NCBI GenBank assembly: GCA_040954595.2
Contig: CM082582.2
Span: 9,105,483-9,169,482, forward strand
Length of the DNA: 64,000 nt
Direction: 5' to 3'
Source of the DNA: Balanoglossus misakiensis
Taxonomy: Eukaryota > Animalia > Hemichordata
The notes below the pieces were generated by a model. The model ran no database searches. It was not told where the DNA came from and saw only the letters and a program-made list of their open reading frames with translations. Below, piece after piece: positions 61,243 to 64,000 of the stretch (within the stretch, counting starts at the first letter, position 1; every line of letters starts with the position of its first letter). A program made the position numbers and the translations under genes.

Positions 61243-64000
61243 GTGAACGGCCATACAAGTGTGATGAATGTGGCAAAGCATTCAATCAGAAAGGGGCACT
61301 GCAGGTGCATCTGGTCAAGCACACGGGAGAGAAGCCCCATATTTGTGACTACTGTCCGGGATCGTTCTCGCAAAAGGGGAACCTGCGAGCCCACATCGCT
61401 CGCGTCCACACGGAGAACAAGGCGCTGGAAAAGACGTACGAGTGTGAGGAGTGCTCGTGCGTGTTCAAGAAGCTGGGTAGTCTGAACGCCCATATTAGTC
61501 GAATGCACTCAGAACCTTCCCCACCCACCCAAGTGCAGATCTCGCCATCAAAGAACGCCCTGGACCCATCGAAGGGCGGCGAGATGGGTCAGAGCTCGAC
61601 GGCGGTCACCGACGTTATTCAGCAGCTGCTCGAGCTGTCGGAACACACAGAGAACCAAGACGGCATGCAGCAGCAGCAGATACAGCAGATCGCCATTGAC
61701 GGCAACATCAGCTCTGATATCCTGCAACAGGCCTTGGAGAACAGTGGACTGACCGCAGTGCCGGTGGACATACAACAAGGGCAGGGGACCGGCGGCACGG
61801 CTGGAAGTCAGAAGGTGCGAACCGACATGATGGTGATCAAGAGGATACGGAAGCTTCCCATGGGTCGCCTCCACTGCTGCACTTACTGCAGCAAAGGGTT
61901 CCGCAAACCCAGCGATCTGGTGCGGCACATTCGGATCCACACCCACGAGAAGCCCTTCAAATGCAACCAGTGCTACCGGGCCTTTGCCGTGAAGAGCACC
62001 CTCACTGCCCATCTCAAGACCCACACCGGCCTGAAGGAGTTCCGCTGCACGGTCTGCGAGAAGATGTTCTCCACCCAGGGCAGCTTGAAGGTCCACATGC
62101 GCCTGCACACCGGGGTCAAACCCTTTGACTGCCCCCACTGCGACAAGAAGTTCCGGACGTCGGGCCACCGGAAGAGTCACATAGCCTCTCATTTCAAAGA
62201 GCCGTCGCCCCGGAAACCGCGCAAAATCAGCAAGCCCCGCCCGCCAAAGTCAGACGTTCCCTTGCCAGACATTCCCATGCAGGAGCCGATACTTATCACG
62301 GACACGGGTCTGATTCAGCAGCCGCCCAGGAACAGTCAGATGTACAACCAGTACCTGGGTAACGACCTCCAGCAGGCCGGCAGTGTGGACAGGCCTTACA
62401 AGTGCTCCTACTGTTCCAAGGGCTTCAAGAAGTCCAGTCATCTGAAGCAGCATACACGTTCGCATACAGGGGAGAAACCTTATAAGTGTCTGCAGTGTGG
62501 GAGATCGTTTGTGTCCACCGGGGTCCTTAAAGCACACATCCGCACCCACACAGGCGTGAAGGCCTACAAGTGCTTGATCTGCGACGGAACATTCACGACC
62601 AACGGGAGTCTGAAACGCCACATGTCCACCCACAGCGAAGTGCGCCCCTTCATGTGCCCGTACTGCCAAAAGACGTTCAAGACCTCGGTCAACTGCAAGA
62701 AGCACATGAAGACCCACCGGCACGAGCTGGCGCTGCAAGCCGCGGACGAACCACAGCAGCTGCAGGTGCAGCAGCAAACGCCGCAGCAGGAGATCACCAT
62801 CAACACGCAGCCGCACCCGCAGCAGCAGCCTGGCCAGATGCAGGACCACATGACGGAGCAGCAGATACTGGGCCTGCAGAGCAACCAGCTGAACCAACAG
62901 GAGGAGACCCTGGCCCAGCAGGCGCTGGTGCAGGAGGGGCTCTCGGCGGACACCTTGAACCAGCAGAACTTTGGCCAGCACACGCTCCTGGGCCAGCAGA
63001 ACCTCAACCAGCAGACGCTGGCGCAGCAGAACTACGGCCAGCAGGGCTTCGGCCAGCAGAGCTTCGGCCAGCAGAACCAGATCAGCCTGCAGACGCAGCA
63101 GATCCAGCAGCAGCTGGAGGCCATCACGGGACAGCAGAGCAACAACTACCAACAGCAAGGGCTGAACAGCATCCAGATCCAGGAGCCGCAGCTGACGTCG
63201 GCGCAGCGCAACCGCCAGGTCATCATCCAGCAGGAGACGGCGGAGGGCAAGCGGACATACAAGTGCGGCTACTGCTCCAAGGCCTTCAAGAAGTCCAGCC
63301 ACTTGAAGCAGCACATTCGCTCGCACACCGGGGAGAAACCTTACCAGTGCCTGCAGTGCGGAAGATCCTTCGTCTCCTCGGGTGTCCTGAAGGCTCACCA
63401 GCGGACGCACTCGGGGCTCAAGGCCTACAAGTGCCAGATGTGCCAAGCGACATTTACCACAAACGGATCCCTCACCCGGCACATGGTCGTGCACAGTAGC
63501 ATCCGTCCATTCAAGTGCCCCTACTGCCAGGAGACCTTCCGAACGGCGCTGCACTGCAAGAGGCACATGAAGAGCCACCGGGAGGAGTCGGACGACCAGA
63601 GCGAGCAGACGAAGACCACCGTGAAGAGGCCCCGGTCGTCGATCATCCAGCTGTCGGAAGAGCAGGCCGAAGAGCTGGCCAAGGCCTCCCCCAGCGACGA
63701 AGTGTCGGTCTCGGAGAAGATCCTGATCGCGTCCGCGGCGGAGAAGAATCGGGTGAGCGAGATCAAGGACAAGCACGCGGTGGACGACGATGAACCGAAG
63801 CACGCGCACCAGTGCTCGCACTGCAACAAGAGCTTTAAAAAGCCGAGTGACCTCGTGCGTCACGTTCGGATACACACTGGGGAGAAACCTTTCAAGTGTG
63901 ACCAGTGCGGCAAAATGTTCACTGTCAAGTCGACCTTGGACTGTCACATGAAGACCCACACGGGGGAGAAGAACTTCCACTGTCACATTTGCAATTCGCC
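61243..64000 (+). CDS. ZNF236: ZNF236 exon 5, >2.7 kb, runs off the window (about 17 complete fingers plus Gln-rich linkers)
   Basis: tttcccag acceptor at phase 1. Open frame reads [20 protein letters not shown]..., [29 protein letters not shown], two KKSSHLKQH modules and [10 protein letters not shown]. It is missing from the ORF track because no stop is reached. Confidence 0.95.

Noticed and set aside
61230-63986. Long antisense and alternative-frame ORFs (578, 309 and 214 aa)
   Set aside because: Shadows of the GC3-rich, CAG-rich ZNF236 exon, with no domain-like content.

Overview
Eukaryotic animal genomic DNA, AT-rich, with spliceosomal introns. It is most likely a non-vertebrate deuterostome such as a hemichordate or amphioxus; the taxon is my inference. 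Two large C2H2 zinc-finger genes lie head-to-head. (1) A + strand ZNF236 orthologue has exons 22531-22582, 45114-45490, 57921-58057, 60687-60817 and 61243->64000, all phase-compatible, with a 22.5 kb first intron. (2) A - strand gene of about 3,085 aa has predicted exons 19844-19620, 19471-14500 and 14348-10288. It encodes about 12 scattered, partly Trp-bearing fingers and a long disordered tail with CtBP-, BET-ET- and HP1-type linear motifs. The most unusual non-coding structure is a 2.8 kb non-coding foldback-like element at about 5004-7792. It has ~770 bp inverted arms (each with a 205 bp tandem duplication) around a second ~190 bp inverted repeat, two tandem arrays and a third small inverted repeat. 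Smaller items are a piggyBac-type MITE, a HINE-like fragment, an intronic hairpin and candidate alternative 5' exons. Most short ORFs in the track are spurious. All alignments were done by eye, and comparisons to human proteins are from memory.
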